DNA of 64,000 nt from Cirrosporium novae-zelandiae (Eukaryota): the NCBI GenBank assembly GCA_026023565.1, contig JAPETS010000054.1, forward strand, positions 62,001 to 126,000. Direction: 5' to 3'. The notes under the pieces are model-generated. The model was not told the origin of the DNA, made no database searches, and saw nothing but the letters and a program-made list of their open reading frames with translations. The translations under genes and the position numbers were made by a program. Positions 47,701-60,835 of this stretch are shown here, in pieces. The stretch's first letter is position 1. Each line of letters begins with the position of its first letter.

Positions 47701-50700
47701 TCTGGCTGCATCAATAGGACCCCCCCGGCAAGCATGCATTCTTGGCAAATTTTTTTAATTTTCAATACTTGATCCAGTTCAAAGCGGAAGGACCTAGATA
47801 TCGGTAAATGGAAAATACGCCGGCCCACTAGTCCCCCCAATTTCTTTACTAGGAGTTGAAACATCTCAACGGACAAGGACTTGAGAACCACAACACGGAC
47901 TAGTTTGTTGCCGTCTGCTAAAGCCGCTGCAACAGTGGGAACAATGACTGATGATTTTCCCTCTCCCATATTGAGTTGCATGACTGAATTTGTCCCAGAC
48001 GACGGTGAGATCATTTCCAGCCCAATTTCAGCTTGTTCTGGACGTATTAGAATGTTGTTATCAATTTCAAAGAGTAACCAGTCCGGGTAGTCCATTGGAT
48101 TCCAACCTTCATGGCCGGAAGTCCTTAGCTCTCTTAGCAAGTCTGCTTCGCTTCCGATCATTAACATGAGACGCTCTGTACGTTGCAAAGTGGTTATCGC
48201 TAGACCATATTGAGTAAGGGAAGCTCTCCATTCCTTGGTCAACCTTGTAGAGTTACTACTTCTTAGCAGCTCAAGAAGTGAGATGGCCGAGAGCCGAGGT
48301 CGCATCTTAGTGATACAACTCAATCTAGACGTGAGTGTTTTTTCAGTTTCCAGATTTTGGCAAATATCTGAATATATTTTCTGGACATGGGATTTGCTTT
48401 GCTGCAAATACTGTTGTATAACCTTCGTTAGAACCATGTGAGACTCTTTCAATGTCAAAGCGACATCATTAACAGGGAAGGACCAAAAGCTGTTCCATAA
48501 ATCTAGGGCATAGTTCGATTCATATGAGCCGGAAGATTCTGAGAGTAGACGGCTTAAAAGCGACCGGAGCCTCGTGTCATCTCTAGATGTCGTTTCTAGA
48601 CTGATTTGACGGTTGAAACTTTCGGGCGGAGGCGAGGGCAAGCTAGGAGGGGGGTTTCCGAAGACACTTTCTAGATTGACAACCCCACAAGGTGGGTGAT
48701 ATTTATAAGGGAAATTATGGGCTGGATATGGTTGAATATTGATCTGAAATCGGGCGTTGCTGACCCTTTCGTTTAAAATCGGTTGTGCGGAAATGATGTA
48801 TTCTCTAAACGCAATGTTGTGAGACCAACGTCGAAACAATAATCCGCAATCTTCGAGTGCCTTGTTCAATGAGATATAAGTACTATAGAGTGCTTGAGAA
48901 GGAGCGTGAACAATCTCTGAAGGCCACTGTTTAGCAAGAAGATCTGTAAGGATTTTAGCTTGACTTGAAACTGCTGACTGGTAAGCACCTTTACGGCGGC
49001 GTGAGAAGGCTTTCTTGCTTTCAGATGAGAGTCGAGGCAACCTGACTTCCGGACAACTACTAAATGGCAAAGCGTTCTCCCTAATCGCATCATTTAACGT
49101 TTGCCAATTGAAGCCATAACCAGCTGAAAGATGAAAAGAATCATGACCAGGAGGTCGTAATTTACGAAGTGCCGGTATAGTCGCAAACGCCAAAAGAATC
49201 TGTACCAAGGACTCATCGACGTGCCGCGAATATGATAATGCGGATATTAGGAACATCACCCCGTATCTATCTCTTTGTTTAACGCTTTGTGACAAAGCTT
49301 TCTGAAGTGTACACCAGACTTCGGGGAAAGTGCTCTTATGAGAATCTAGCCACCTCTTATTGTAGCCAAGAGGGGCTAAGCTGGGCGATTTGCAACCTAA
49401 GATTGATTCACCCCAAGACTCAATACTTTGCAATAGGTTCGAATAATCGCGAAGATTTGGAGACCAGTCGTCAACTGACTTCGCTGCACGGCAAACCCGC
49501 AATTCCATATCGCTTTCCACGGGCAGGTCACGGGCAGAATAGGTCATATCTAAGTCCGTTGTATGATCCTCTGCTCCAAAATTGAAAACACGATAAACCG
49601 AATCTCGAATGGCAGCCCTGCCAAGCAAGTGACTCATTGATTGACGGTCTTCGTCATAATCTGGTAGTTGTGTTGATTCTGGATGAAACAGGTGAGAAAT
49701 TTTGGCTTGCCTGAATATTGACTGGACCAACTTCAAGAATGAGCTATGATGTGATATGGGAGACAACGCATTATTCCATGTCACTTCCTGCATTACTCTT
49801 AGATGGCGTGGGTAGTATCGGCGTTGAGGGGTTAGTCCTGCAATCATCTCTAATAGTTTTATCTCGTGGAGGTCAAGGCTGACGAAGGATAAAGCGGCAG
49901 CCGATTGCAGGCACGATAAAGCTTCCTCTGTTCCTGTCCTGCCCGTAAGTTCATCAACCAGGCAGTGCCCTGTTAAAGCGTGAATATAACATTTGAATAG
50001 TTTGCTTTTGAGACTTCCATTGTCCACAAGCCGTCCAAGTCGATAATCAATATGATACACATAGTATGAAACGTCATTAGCTGTGGATGTGTCAACCCTC
50101 ACCCGTATATGATGATCCACCTTTTCACAATGTAAACCACCATTAGGAACAATTACAAGTCGAGATGAATCTTTGATTCCCCGGAGCACGAGGCGGTTGA
50201 CTAGGCCTGTCATAGTACCGAATAGTTGACTCTCATCAATAGCCATGTTGCGAAATTGATTCGACTCAAGATGTGAAGCACCTTGTTTCAAGAAGAAATC
50301 TAGCTTCAATCGTTGCAAATGTACATGCAAATCCTTTGTCTCAATGTTAATTGTGACATGAAGATGAGCTGCATTCTCCAGTGGTGCTAAAACTAACGAT
50401 ACGAGGGTTGCTGTGGGACTTTGAATATCAACCAGATTCAACAAGCCTCGAGACAAGATATTATTCCCTTGATGGTTAGTGTGCATATGCCAATTTTTAT
50501 CTGAAGAAATCCAGGGATGCAGTAGCGGTCGCCACTCGACAGACTGGGTAGAAAGGTTTAGCCAGTGAAAGTAGTCTCTGACAAATGATTCGGGAAAGTC
50601 GCCTTCAAGAGCGTGTATGGGGAGCAGTTCATAGATTTGATTGTTTTTCCTTGTACGTATAACAAGATCTGAACCTTGCATGGCGAAATGAGCCTATCGG

Positions 50701-53700
50701 GAGACAATATTAGCAAAACATCATCTCGATCACTTGCTTTATGCAAAAGCATGCGTGATGGAATAATTACCTGGCAGCCAAACATTTCATTTCGCACTTC
50801 GAAAATCATTCCAATCATAGTTGATGGAACCACCTCTAAGACTTTCTGTACCGAAATATGGTTAGCCAGTTACGCTATTTAGCAAAGGCAATGATATCAA
50901 GGCGTCAACACAGTCCACCTCCAAAAGAATGATCAGAATTAGTATAGTCAAAAGAGTCAAGATCATGTATCAATAGGCAGTAGTATATATAGTGAGATAC
51001 CCTTGATAGGCTGACTCAAAAGAGAGTAAATGAGGGGGGAAACAGCATACTAACATACCTTCCCAAATAGTCGGCGATATGTGGGGTGGCTTTCATAAAC
51101 CCTTGGGAGTCTTGTGAGAGGGAATCCATCAACTAGAAGATTTCCATTCAGAATATTGTAGTGAACCATTACTGATGAAATATTCCCTTCCTGACGTGTT
51201 CTGGTTACCAGCCAGCGTTCCTTTGGCACATCAAATGCAGTCCAACTACCACTTGATTCATACCCTGCCCATAGTAACTTGACAGTTTTATCAAGTCCTG
51301 CAGATAGTGCCGAAAGTTGATGCCGAAGAAACGGTTCAATACGATGCAGGAGCCTCTTATGACGTTTCAACAATGTTTGCATAAAGCATGGTAGACCATC
51401 TGTTACAGTAGGACAGCGACCGTGTACAATGATGAAGCATTCTGTTGCAGTTGCAAATTCTTCCTCGGATCGGAGCAAACTATAAAGATGATGAATATCG
51501 ATATCGAAGGTCTGAGAGCATGTCAAGGCTATTTCTAGTAGCAGAACATTCAGATCCTTTGAGCGCTTCTCTTCCTGGCTTTTATGTAATTTATGTATAA
51601 GATCATGCATCCAGTTCAAGATCACATTTTGTGACATTCGGAGGAAATGTAAACAACGCTGATGCACTACCGGGGACGAGGAAAGAGACAGTAGTCGGGT
51701 AGCAAGGATAATGAAAGTCCGCATTGCTGGAGCGCCTTGCCAGTTGCGCTTGATACTCTCAAGTGACAAATCTAACACGGATTGAAGAGTCAAACCAAAA
51801 TCATCCTCTTCAAGATCAACATGAGCCTGCCTACAGCTTCTCATTTTGCAAAGTGGACCCGCTTGCCAACATGCTTGAGCGAACAGGATATGTACCTCCT
51901 CATGATTGAAGTGAAGAACAGGAGCAGCGAGCTCACGTGCTATATTCCGCCATTGTAATCGGTGGCCTGACCGTAAAGTAGCAAATGCGTAGAATTCATG
52001 CATCGTCATAGTAAGAGGGCGGCTAGCTTGCCTAGCAATCACTTCGTTGGTTGTATGGGTCGTGCTATTGACAGCATACTGCAAGCCCTCGTAAAGCTCG
52101 GCTGGAAGCTTCAATGAACATTTCTCACTTATGTCGTAGCGATTCAACAGCTTAACTATCCATTGATGGTTAATTGGATCGTAGTATTCATAGCGCGAGC
52201 TGTTCTGGACATATATGCTAGCCTCGGTGGCAATAAGAATTTGTTGTGATTTGTAATGCGAGTTGGCAAAAGGTTTCGCAATTGATGCAAGATTCAGCCT
52301 TTTTTGTGAAGGCGTAAGAAATGGCTTTAGACCGGAAAAGTCATCGAGACGATATACCTTTTGTTTAATACGTTCTTCGGATGGACTGGTATTGGTGAGC
52401 CAGTCTACGAGTATTGAGTATGTTGTATCTCGCCATATATGTAATGCTTCCGGTACGTTGAGCTCGAACGTCACGAATTTCGCCTCCAGGACTTTTGCCG
52501 GAAGAGGATACTCAAAAATATTTATTACCAGTGAACGTGCCCTTAACTCTGAGTCGCAAGCTTTACAGCTCTTGTGATGGGCAGGGTCCTTTTCCCCAGA
52601 CTCGCTGAAACCCACACATCCAAGTTTTGTTGACTCTTGCAGGAGTCGTTCGTACTCTTCTTTCTTAGCGGCAAGTTCCAGTACTTTGTCAGACCATATT
52701 CTTGAGGCATCCTCTTCGATTTTCTTTCGTAGCTTTTGATGATCACTAGACTGGTCAAAGTATCGGACGCCAAAGCTATCTGGTGTGGCAGCAGATTGGA
52801 ATATAGAGGGCAACTTTGCTACTGCCATCTCTTCGCGTTTTTGGAGATATAGTTCAATACTATATAGTCGATCCAAGTGATTTCGTTTTGGTAGTAGCAT
52901 TGGTTCAAATACGGATAATGGAAATCCCGTGCGATATTCTCGCAGCAAGGGGAAATGACGCGTTACAACTTTGTCCATCGCCACCCATATTTCCATTAAC
53001 GTGAGAAGTATTATGGAGATGTCTTCGGGAGAGTTTGTGTAGACCGCATTTACTCCTTGTAAATAGGTATGGACAAGTCCCGCCAATTGTTTACAACTAT
53101 TTTCAGAATCCTGTCTACAAGGTCACTGGTGGGTGTAGGTACTAATTTGAGGTGGGAATTTGAAAACTTACTGAATTTGCACATCTAACCATTTATTTAA
53201 GCAGTCTTGGACCCAGAGTTCAATATCTACAGTAGTAGAATAGATATCATCATTGTCCATGTCCAGGATATTCTTCAGCGTAGGCATCGTGGAATAGCAC
53301 TGTCGAATCCTAGGGTGGTTAGAAGGAGGAAAATACCCAGTATTTGGAGGGAGGCTCATCCAAGTATGTCGTCTGGCTAAATAGACTTGTAGGTTTGAAA
53401 GTGTCAATTTGGTATCATGCGGGGGATTTAGGGTTAATGGTTCCCAGTTTGGCTGGTCACCCAGGAATTTCATATTCCGCTCTATACCATTCCATCTCTC
53501 AGTCAATTTCCCCTGAAGACCTTCAACTGCAACCCTTACATAGGCTAACCAGGGCTCATCGAGCCCACCCAGCTTAAGAGCACGGCGGCTAATCTTGGCA
53601 TTCAAGGCAAATAATATATCGCTCGAGAGAGCAGGTACTGCACGGGCAGCCATATTCGCAACTGTTGCCATGAAGAAAACCATAAAGGACTTGAACCACA

Positions 53701-54560
53701 GGTAGTCTTGACCATTTTTATCAGTGATGAGGCTTGTTTGTAAAACAACACGAAGAAAAAGCCACAGCGGTGACCTTCTCCAAGGCTTTAACACATCATG
53801 CCACAAAACATCGTCCCGTGTGTGTTTATAAATCCGGGGAATTTCCATCGGCTGTCCGATAGCACGTAAGGTTCCAGCAAGCATCTCCGTAATAAGCCCG
53901 GGATGTATTGTATCTCTTATCTCAGGGACCTTTGAATCGGCCTTAGTGGTAGCTGGGAGCATGTCTGCTGGTGTTTCAGAATCCAGCTGAACTAGGAGAT
54001 CTGAAAGTCGGTCTCGAAAGCCAGCATCCTCAATTCGGACCCGATCAACCTCTAAGACAGGTCCGGGGAAGCACCTTATAAGTCGCCCTTTGGCCTGGAT
54101 AACAGCCGCATTCGTAGGTGAGAGCTCGAAACACTCGAAACGGTATTTGTCTTCCAATCTCCTAATAATAAGGCCTGCATTCTGGCAGCGAATCTGTAGT
54201 GCAAGGATATCTGATGATGAGGCGCAGAGAAGCGACTTAGCACACGTTATCAATAAATGCCTGGGTAGCTAGAGTTTACATACCTCCATTTATCATAGTG
54301 CCCAATTCTGTCTCCAGCCTGGGCCGGGATAAGAACCCAGACTCACTACGTAGCTTGAGCATGTTATTGAGGGTCCTTATCAACGTTGGACATGGTGAAT
54401 GCTCTTTCTTATCCTTGTACAGTTGAAACATTCGCAAGGCATCTAGAAACGCTTCAATCAGGGAAGCATCAAAGCGAAAATCGCTGTCATCATGCTGAGG
54501 CAACTTCGGCGGAAGGAAAACATGATCAATGATGTATTCCAAGTTTGATTGTCTTGACAT
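44742..54560 (-). CDS. Giant (~3,116 aa) DUF6606-DUF3638-DUF3645 P-loop NTPase-like protein; exons 54560-54284, 54210-53172, 53114-51059, 50845-50771, 50693-46133, 46084-44742
   Basis: N-terminal 'YIIDHVFLPPKLPQ' and 'RDDVLW…PWRRSPLW'. Central 'QLNMGEGKSSVIVP' and 'DILDESDE', then 'AVPYRAKDTP…EFSHPDV', 'TTGFSGTND', 'LDEAHTRGTDLKLP' and 'ACMRMRKLGKGQSV'. Five GT..AG introns join six exons with consistent phase (9,351 nt). Confidence 0.88.
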
Positions 54561-56097
54561 TTTGTTAGTGGTTTGTTGGAAACGAGATGTGCATTAGTCA
54601 AAAGAATGTTTAGAGAGGTCAAATTGCGACATTCAGCTAGAAACTGTTGTTAACATGATGTTGCTCGGGTGATATTGGTGTTGAGACAGAGTTGTGTTGA
54701 CATAAAGCCATTTAGTTATTTTCCGCCATTTGCGGGGGGCCTCCACAACATTCTACATGGAAAACAACTCCAGTAGATGGAGAATCTTTATTTCAGGACT
54801 TATTTGTTCCAAGACCTTCTCGGTAGGATTAAGGCTGTAAGACTGTTTGATTTGAGATTTCTAGACCTCTGTTTTTTCCAGACATATATTGCGGTCACTT
54901 GCTGTTCCAAGTAAGAAACTTACAACATTACAGCTATTCAGTTCTGTCATAAAGGTCATATATAAACCCCACAGATGGAGGTAGGAAAAATTGACTTGGA
55001 CAACAAAACACTTCCATCTTGCACTTTCCATATCAAATTCCTTTTTCCCCGCATCAAAGAATCCATAGTTGATATACATCCTTGTTACCATTGAGAACTT
55101 TGGTGGGCCTAACGTTGAAAGGTTGGGACATACATTACCAAGGAGAGGAAAAGGAAGTAAGTTGCAACGTTCTCAGAGGCAACTCATTTATACTCATAAT
55201 TACCTAGGTAACTACCAAGTATAACTTTATACAATACTTGTTTTCATAATCACGTAGTTATGTATTTTATGGCTCTTAGGCCAGGACCCCTTGACAAAAG
55301 GGATTGGCTTGTTTCATATTGATTAGCTGAAGCCATCTGATTGGTTAGGGTATCAATTAATTTCCTCAAGATCTCCACTAATTTAGTAAACTGTTTATCT
55401 TGGTTAAGCATACAATACACAATGGTTCATTTGAATCATTACCTTGTGAACCTTGGTAACTAAAGTTACCTAGGTACCAATAATACGAGCTTAGTTTCAA
55501 ACCTCATCCGAGTGCGCAGTTTCCTTACTCGATTATTGGACTATCATCATTACCCTAGTCTTGTTTGATTACAGTACCGTGGGCACCTAGCACTCGCGGT
55601 ACTCGTTCAGCTGGTGTTTAAACTGTCCAATGGAATTGGTAGAGCATGTTTTGGATTGAGTCCTACCTTAGTTGCCTTCTTGGTGCAACCTATAACCTAT
55701 CATGGATTCAGGAATCATGATCAATATGATTAAATATCATGTTACATAACCTAACGTGATATAGTTACACTACATAGAGTAATGTAGTTTAGAGGCTATA
55801 AGACCAGTCCCCAATTCTTCAACTGGCAGCTATCAGTTAACTGCCTAAGTACCTGGAAGCTACAGCTTACTACTCGAGTACATACAGGCCAAGACTTGAC
55901 GTCATATTATTTTGTGTTTCAGCCACGAAGTCAATCAGCATCCAGACCCAAAGGCCATTTGCTCTTATCTATATGTACTATTCTGCCTTGTTCTAACGAC
56001 ACATCGTATCTTCAACTGTTGTTGGGAGGCTGTCTGAATCCATTCGAACTATCAAAATCCTTCGCGAAAGCCCGAAGGATCCAACGTCCTTGAAGCC

Positions 56098-57072
56098 ATG
56101 GCAACTTTCGCGTGAGTTTAAAAATAAACAAATGATTTGCGAGTCCCAATGCTAATAGCAAATAGTCAGAGCGATTATTCCGCCAACACCTGTGCTACTT
56201 TCCGTCCCATCTATCCACCCACTTTATACAAAGTAATTCTTCTCTATCACAAGGGCCCGAAAAATCTTGCTGTTGATTTAGGCGCCGGCCATGGCCTGGT
56301 CACGCGATGGGCTGCTTCGCAGTTCAAGAAAGTGACTGGGGTGGATCCATCCAAAAGAATGATGGAGCAAGCTGAGCGGATCACCAACGAATCAACCTCT
56401 GAAGGCCACAGGTCATTGAACGTCGAGTTTCGCCAAGGACAGTCCGAGGACTTGGCATTTATAAAGGATGGTTCCGTCGATATGGTTGTTGCAGGTCAAG
56501 CAGCACACTGGTTCGATTACCCAAAGGCCTTTAAAGAGCTCAAGCGCATATTGAGGCCAGAAGGGACAATTGCTTTTTGGGGGTATATGGATCATACCTT
56601 TGTGGACTTTCCAATAGCAACCGAGATATTGCATAACTATGCCTACGGCATGAACGACGAATCTTTGGGGCCTTATTGGATACACCCGAGTAGAGAGATA
56701 TGTGAAAATAGGTACAGAGATATCAAGCCACCAGCTAAGGATTTCATGGATATCCAAAGAATCGAATATAAAGCAGGTACGGCAGGGCCAGCATCGGGTG
56801 AAGGAATCATGTTTCTACACCGAAACATGAAGATCAAAGATTGTATGGAATATACAAGAACATGGAGCGCATTTTATTACTGGCAAGAAGCACATCCAGA
56901 TCGGAAGAGCAAAGCCGACGGCGGACAGGGAGATGTGGTGGATGAAATGTACGAGGAGATGGCTAAGACAGAAGGCTGGCAGGGTGACGGGGGATGGCAG
57001 GAGATGGAAGTAGAGGTAGAGTGGGGAACAGGGCTTTTGCTTGCGCGGAGGAGAGGGATTAGGATTTTGTAG
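56098..57072 (+). CDS. Class I SAM-dependent methyltransferase (trans-aconitate methyltransferase Tmt1/Crg1-like); exons 56098-56111, 56166-57072
   Basis: 'MATFA…FRPIYPP', motif I 'AVDLGAGHG', 'GVDPS', 'VDMVVAGQAAHWFD' and 'RTWSA'. Confidence 0.88.
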
Positions 57073-57565
57073 CTAATTTTCATTAAGATGAATTTGACGA
57101 GCTCTTCATGGGATTAATACAAACTTTTATACACCTGGCCATTGTAGTAACTTACTTAGTAGACAAGGTGCCTCTTTCTCTACCTTTGATTAGTAAAGTG
57201 ACCAGACCCAGATATAACACGGAAAAATAACCTTAGGGAGGCCTTCAAACAAAATTGATTTTGAATAAATATCGGTTCGAATTGTAACTCGACTCATCGA
57301 ACGTAATCGTGGATCTAGCACTCCTATTACTCCAAACTTTTATAATAGGGCTGAACTGTTTCAACTTAATAAAAGCTTGGTTTCAACCTTAAATAACATC
57401 TTGCGTCATCCTCTTCCGCTTCCTAATCCCCCCATTTTGAATAGAGTTCGACCTCTCGCGACATTGAGCAACATCTCCTTCTCCGCCTCCAGACCCAGAT
57501 ATCCTCCCAGGGCCTTTTGAATCTTCCCCACTTCGGCTCAGCTCATCCTCCCCTCCTCATTCAAC

Positions 57566-60500
57566 ATGCCCCCTTTCGTACCTCGCAAGCGGCGAGCACC
57601 TAGTCCTAACGAAGCTCCGAAAGTGAAAGTCCCCAAGAAGAAGCCTACCTTATTCGATACACTAGACGAAACCTCCAAGCATACTTCCACTATTCATAAT
57701 AGCGAGGATTCCTCCCACGACTTGGAGGATGAGAGCTCAGACTCATCTCTTAGTGATATCAGCAGTTCCGAATTCCAAGAACATGGTCCTACAAAGAGGC
57801 AAAAACTTGATGTTGAACTGGAGGATAGTGAAGAGGATGTGGATTGGGAAGATGCAGTCATTACGCCTGCTACGCCTATAGCTCGCGGGCCGGCTGAGGA
57901 CCTACAATTCACGTTGGGCAGCCCTACGGAACAGTTGTCCATTATGGATCCACATGGGAAGAAGAAAGGACCAACCAAAATCGAGAGGCAGATACGAACA
58001 CAAACGCACTGCATGCATGTCCAGTTTCTGATGTTTCATAACTTGGTACGCAATATATGGATATCGAATACAGATCTACAGCACACTCTTTTGGCACAAC
58101 TACCTCCCGGTATAAAGAAAGATTTTGAGCATTGGAAAGTGTCGTCGGGGACAAAACCAAAGCTACGGGAGAAAAATATAGAAGGGCCCAGCAAATCTGC
58201 AAAGAGAGATCACAAATCTAGAAATGGCCCAAATAATACCCTTCGGGCCAATCGTGATTGGTCAGTTAATGCAACAAGACAGGAAGAAGGAGTTCCTGAC
58301 ATGAGTCGCGGTGACCCTACAGTCCACTTTTTAAGAACATTGGCAGCTTACTGGAAGAAGCGCTTTTCGGTTACCGCTCCTGGACTACGCAAGCAAGGAT
58401 ATAAACCAGCGCAGGTGGTAGAGGATGAGGTTCGATCAAACCATGGAGATAAATATAACCTAGTGGAGCACGGAGAAAGAATAGAAGGGATAAAAGAATA
58501 TATTAGGTTGGCAAGGGAGTGTTGTGGAAGTCGGGATGTCGGTGCCCAGTTCTTTGTAGCTCTTCTCCGAGGACTGGGATTTGAAGCACGAATGGTTTCC
58601 AGCTTACAGCCGCTTGGTTTGGGATGGACCAAGGCCGAGGAAGCCAAAAAGAAGAAACCCGTGAAGATGCAACAGGAAGCCGTTGGTGAGTTAGATTCGT
58701 CAATAGAAGATTTTGAGGACGAAAGTGCAACGACAAAGGAGAAAAGACCATCGATATCAAGTTTGAAGCAGAAGTCTAAAATATCCACGACAAGTGGTGA
58801 TGGCCATGAGTCTGATCCCATCGAACTCGATTCTGATGAAAATATAGCACAAAGGAGTGATGGCGAATCAGATGTTGATGTCACCTATCTGCCTCCCCAA
58901 AAACTCTACAATAAAACATTTGACAAAGATCTTACATTTCCTATATATTGGGCCGAGGTAATATCTCCGGTCACCAAAGAAGTCATTCCCGTGGACCCAT
59001 TAGTATTGACCCCTAGTGTTGCCATCAGCGCTGAACAACTGACATTATTTGAACCAAGAGGTGCAAAGGCTGAGAAGAACAAGCAAGTTATTGCCTACGT
59101 GGTTGCTTTTTCATCTGATGGAACTGCAAAAGATGTTACAACCCGATATCTCAAGCGTCACATGTGGCCAGGGAAAACCAAAGGGGTGAGAATGCCTGTT
59201 GAGAAAGTAGCTGTTCTAAATAAACAAGGCAAGGTGAAGAAATATGAGGACTATGACTGGTTCAAGACGGTCATGAGCGGCTATAGACGTCCTGATTGGA
59301 TGAGAACCGCGGTTGACGATATAGAAGAGACAAAAGACCTCAAAGCCGTGAAGCCAGAGCCGAAGCTTGCGAAAGAAGGCCAGAACGAGACCTTACAAGG
59401 CTACAGGAACTCTGCCGAATTCGTATTAGAACGATTTCTTAGACGCGAAGAAGCCCTTAAACCAAGCGCGAAGTGTGTGAAGATTTTTAAGCATGGTAAG
59501 GGAGATAAGGCTAAAGAGGAGAAAGTGTACAGAAGAAAGGATGTGGAACTTTGCAAAACCAGTGAAAGCTGGCACAAGGAAGGTCGGCAGGTCAAATTAG
59601 GCGAGCAGCCAATGAAGTTGGTCCCGATCCGAGCTGTCACCTTGACACGAAAACGAGAAGTGGAAGTACAGGAAAGAGAGATGGGTGAGAAACCCAAACA
59701 AGGTCTCTATTCTCTCGGCCAGACGGAATGGATTATTCCCCCACCTATCCAAAACGGCATTATCCCAAAAAATGGATATGGGAATATCGATTGTTTTGTT
59801 CCCTCCATGATCCCAAAAGGAGCAGTACACGTTCCACTGAACAGCACGGTCAAAATATGTAAGAAGCTTGGCATTGATTATGCTGAGGCCGTCATTGGAT
59901 TTGAATTTGGAAATAAAATGGCTGTACCTGTCATCAGTGGAGTAGTCATAGCAGAAGAGAATGAGGATTTGGTTATTGATGCGTGGAAAATCGAAGAAGA
60001 GGAACGGAAACGGAAAGAAGATCTAAAACGACAAAAAGCCGCCTTAAGCATGTGGAGGAGAATGCTTATGGCTATGCGAGTTGTTGAACGCTTCAAAGAA
60101 GAATATGGAGATGCTGCGAGCAATGCAAAAGACGAAGCAAATCCTTTTGTCAAGAAAAAGAAACAAGAGTCAGCCACAGATCCTTCGGGAGGTAGACAGG
60201 AGGCTCTAAGTTATCCAGCCGACGAAGAAATGGAGCATGAAGAGATGGAGGGGGGATTTTGTCGTTCTGATAATGAGGGTGCTAATGACGATGGGCCAGG
60301 TGGTTTCATCTTAGAGGATCATACTTCGCCTTTGAAGTCAAAAATCCCAGAACCATTCTCAGGGACTCCAATATCGTTTCAGGCCCTACATCGTAAGGCT
60401 ATTCAAGCTAACGTTCAAGACTTGTCTCAAGATGAACAGAGCAAGGAGAGCTCTTCTGATTTATCGGATCTCGAGGACTTGTCGATGGCGACTGAACAGC

Positions 60501-60835
60501 TAGAATATACACAGAAAACGTCTCGAAGGCAACCAAAACCGCAAGTGGCGGAAGGCTCCTCCAGTTCTACTATTCCCTCTAATCTAGAAGAAAGGCGAAA
60601 TGTCAAAAGCCCAACCAAAAGAGATGCACCAACAAAGGAGGTTAAGCAAAAGAGACCTACACGGAAATCAGCTCGACAAAAGAACCTCATCAGAAGTAGT
60701 TACTTTGAGGAATCGAGTGATGACGACCTAGAAGATTCCGATGAGTATGAAGATAAGAAGCTCAAACCAACAAGACGAAGTAGAGGTAAACCAGTGACTA
60801 CCCATGACAGAGCAAAAAGGGACGGAAGGGAATAA
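57566..60835 (+). CDS. RAD4: Rad4/XPC-family nucleotide excision repair protein (probably the second fungal paralogue, Rhp42/Rad34-like)
   Basis: 1089-aa ORF with the transglutaminase-like 'GSRDVGAQFFVALLRGLGFEARMVSSLQP', 'YWAEV' and 'AKDVTTRY', plus BHD motifs 'LERFLRREE', 'ESWHKEGR', 'IPKNGYGNIDCF' and 'YAEAVIGFEF'. Confidence 0.9.
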   Translation: MPPFVPRKRRAPSPNEAPKVKVPKKKPTLFDTLDETSKHTSTIHNSEDSSHDLEDESSDSSLSDISSSEFQEHGPTKRQKLDVELEDSEEDVDWEDAVITPATPIARGPAEDLQFTLGSPTEQLSIMDPHGKKKGPTKIERQIRTQTHCMHVQFLMFHNLVRNIWISNTDLQHTLLAQLPPGIKKDFEHWKVSSGTKPKLREKNIEGPSKSAKRDHKSRNGPNNTLRANRDWSVNATRQEEGVPDMSRGDPTVHFLRTLAAYWKKRFSVTAPGLRKQGYKPAQVVEDEVRSNHGDKYNLVEHGERIEGIKEYIRLARECCGSRDVGAQFFVALLRGLGFEARMVSSLQPLGLGWTKAEEAKKKKPVKMQQEAVGELDSSIEDFEDESATTKEKRPSISSLKQKSKISTTSGDGHESDPIELDSDENIAQRSDGESDVDVTYLPPQKLYNKTFDKDLTFPIYWAEVISPVTKEVIPVDPLVLTPSVAISAEQLTLFEPRGAKAEKNKQVIAYVVAFSSDGTAKDVTTRYLKRHMWPGKTKGVRMPVEKVAVLNKQGKVKKYEDYDWFKTVMSGYRRPDWMRTAVDDIEETKDLKAVKPEPKLAKEGQNETLQGYRNSAEFVLERFLRREEALKPSAKCVKIFKHGKGDKAKEEKVYRRKDVELCKTSESWHKEGRQVKLGEQPMKLVPIRAVTLTRKREVEVQEREMGEKPKQGLYSLGQTEWIIPPPIQNGIIPKNGYGNIDCFVPSMIPKGAVHVPLNSTVKICKKLGIDYAEAVIGFEFGNKMAVPVISGVVIAEENEDLVIDAWKIEEEERKRKEDLKRQKAALSMWRRMLMAMRVVERFKEEYGDAASNAKDEANPFVKKKKQESATDPSGGRQEALSYPADEEMEHEEMEGGFCRSDNEGANDDGPGGFILEDHTSPLKSKIPEPFSGTPISFQALHRKAIQANVQDLSQDEQSKESSSDLSDLEDLSMATEQLEYTQKTSRRQPKPQVAEGSSSSTIPSNLEERRNVKSPTKRDAPTKEVKQKRPTRKSARQKNLIRSSYFEESSDDDLEDSDEYEDKKLKPTRRSRGKPVTTHDRAKRDGRE

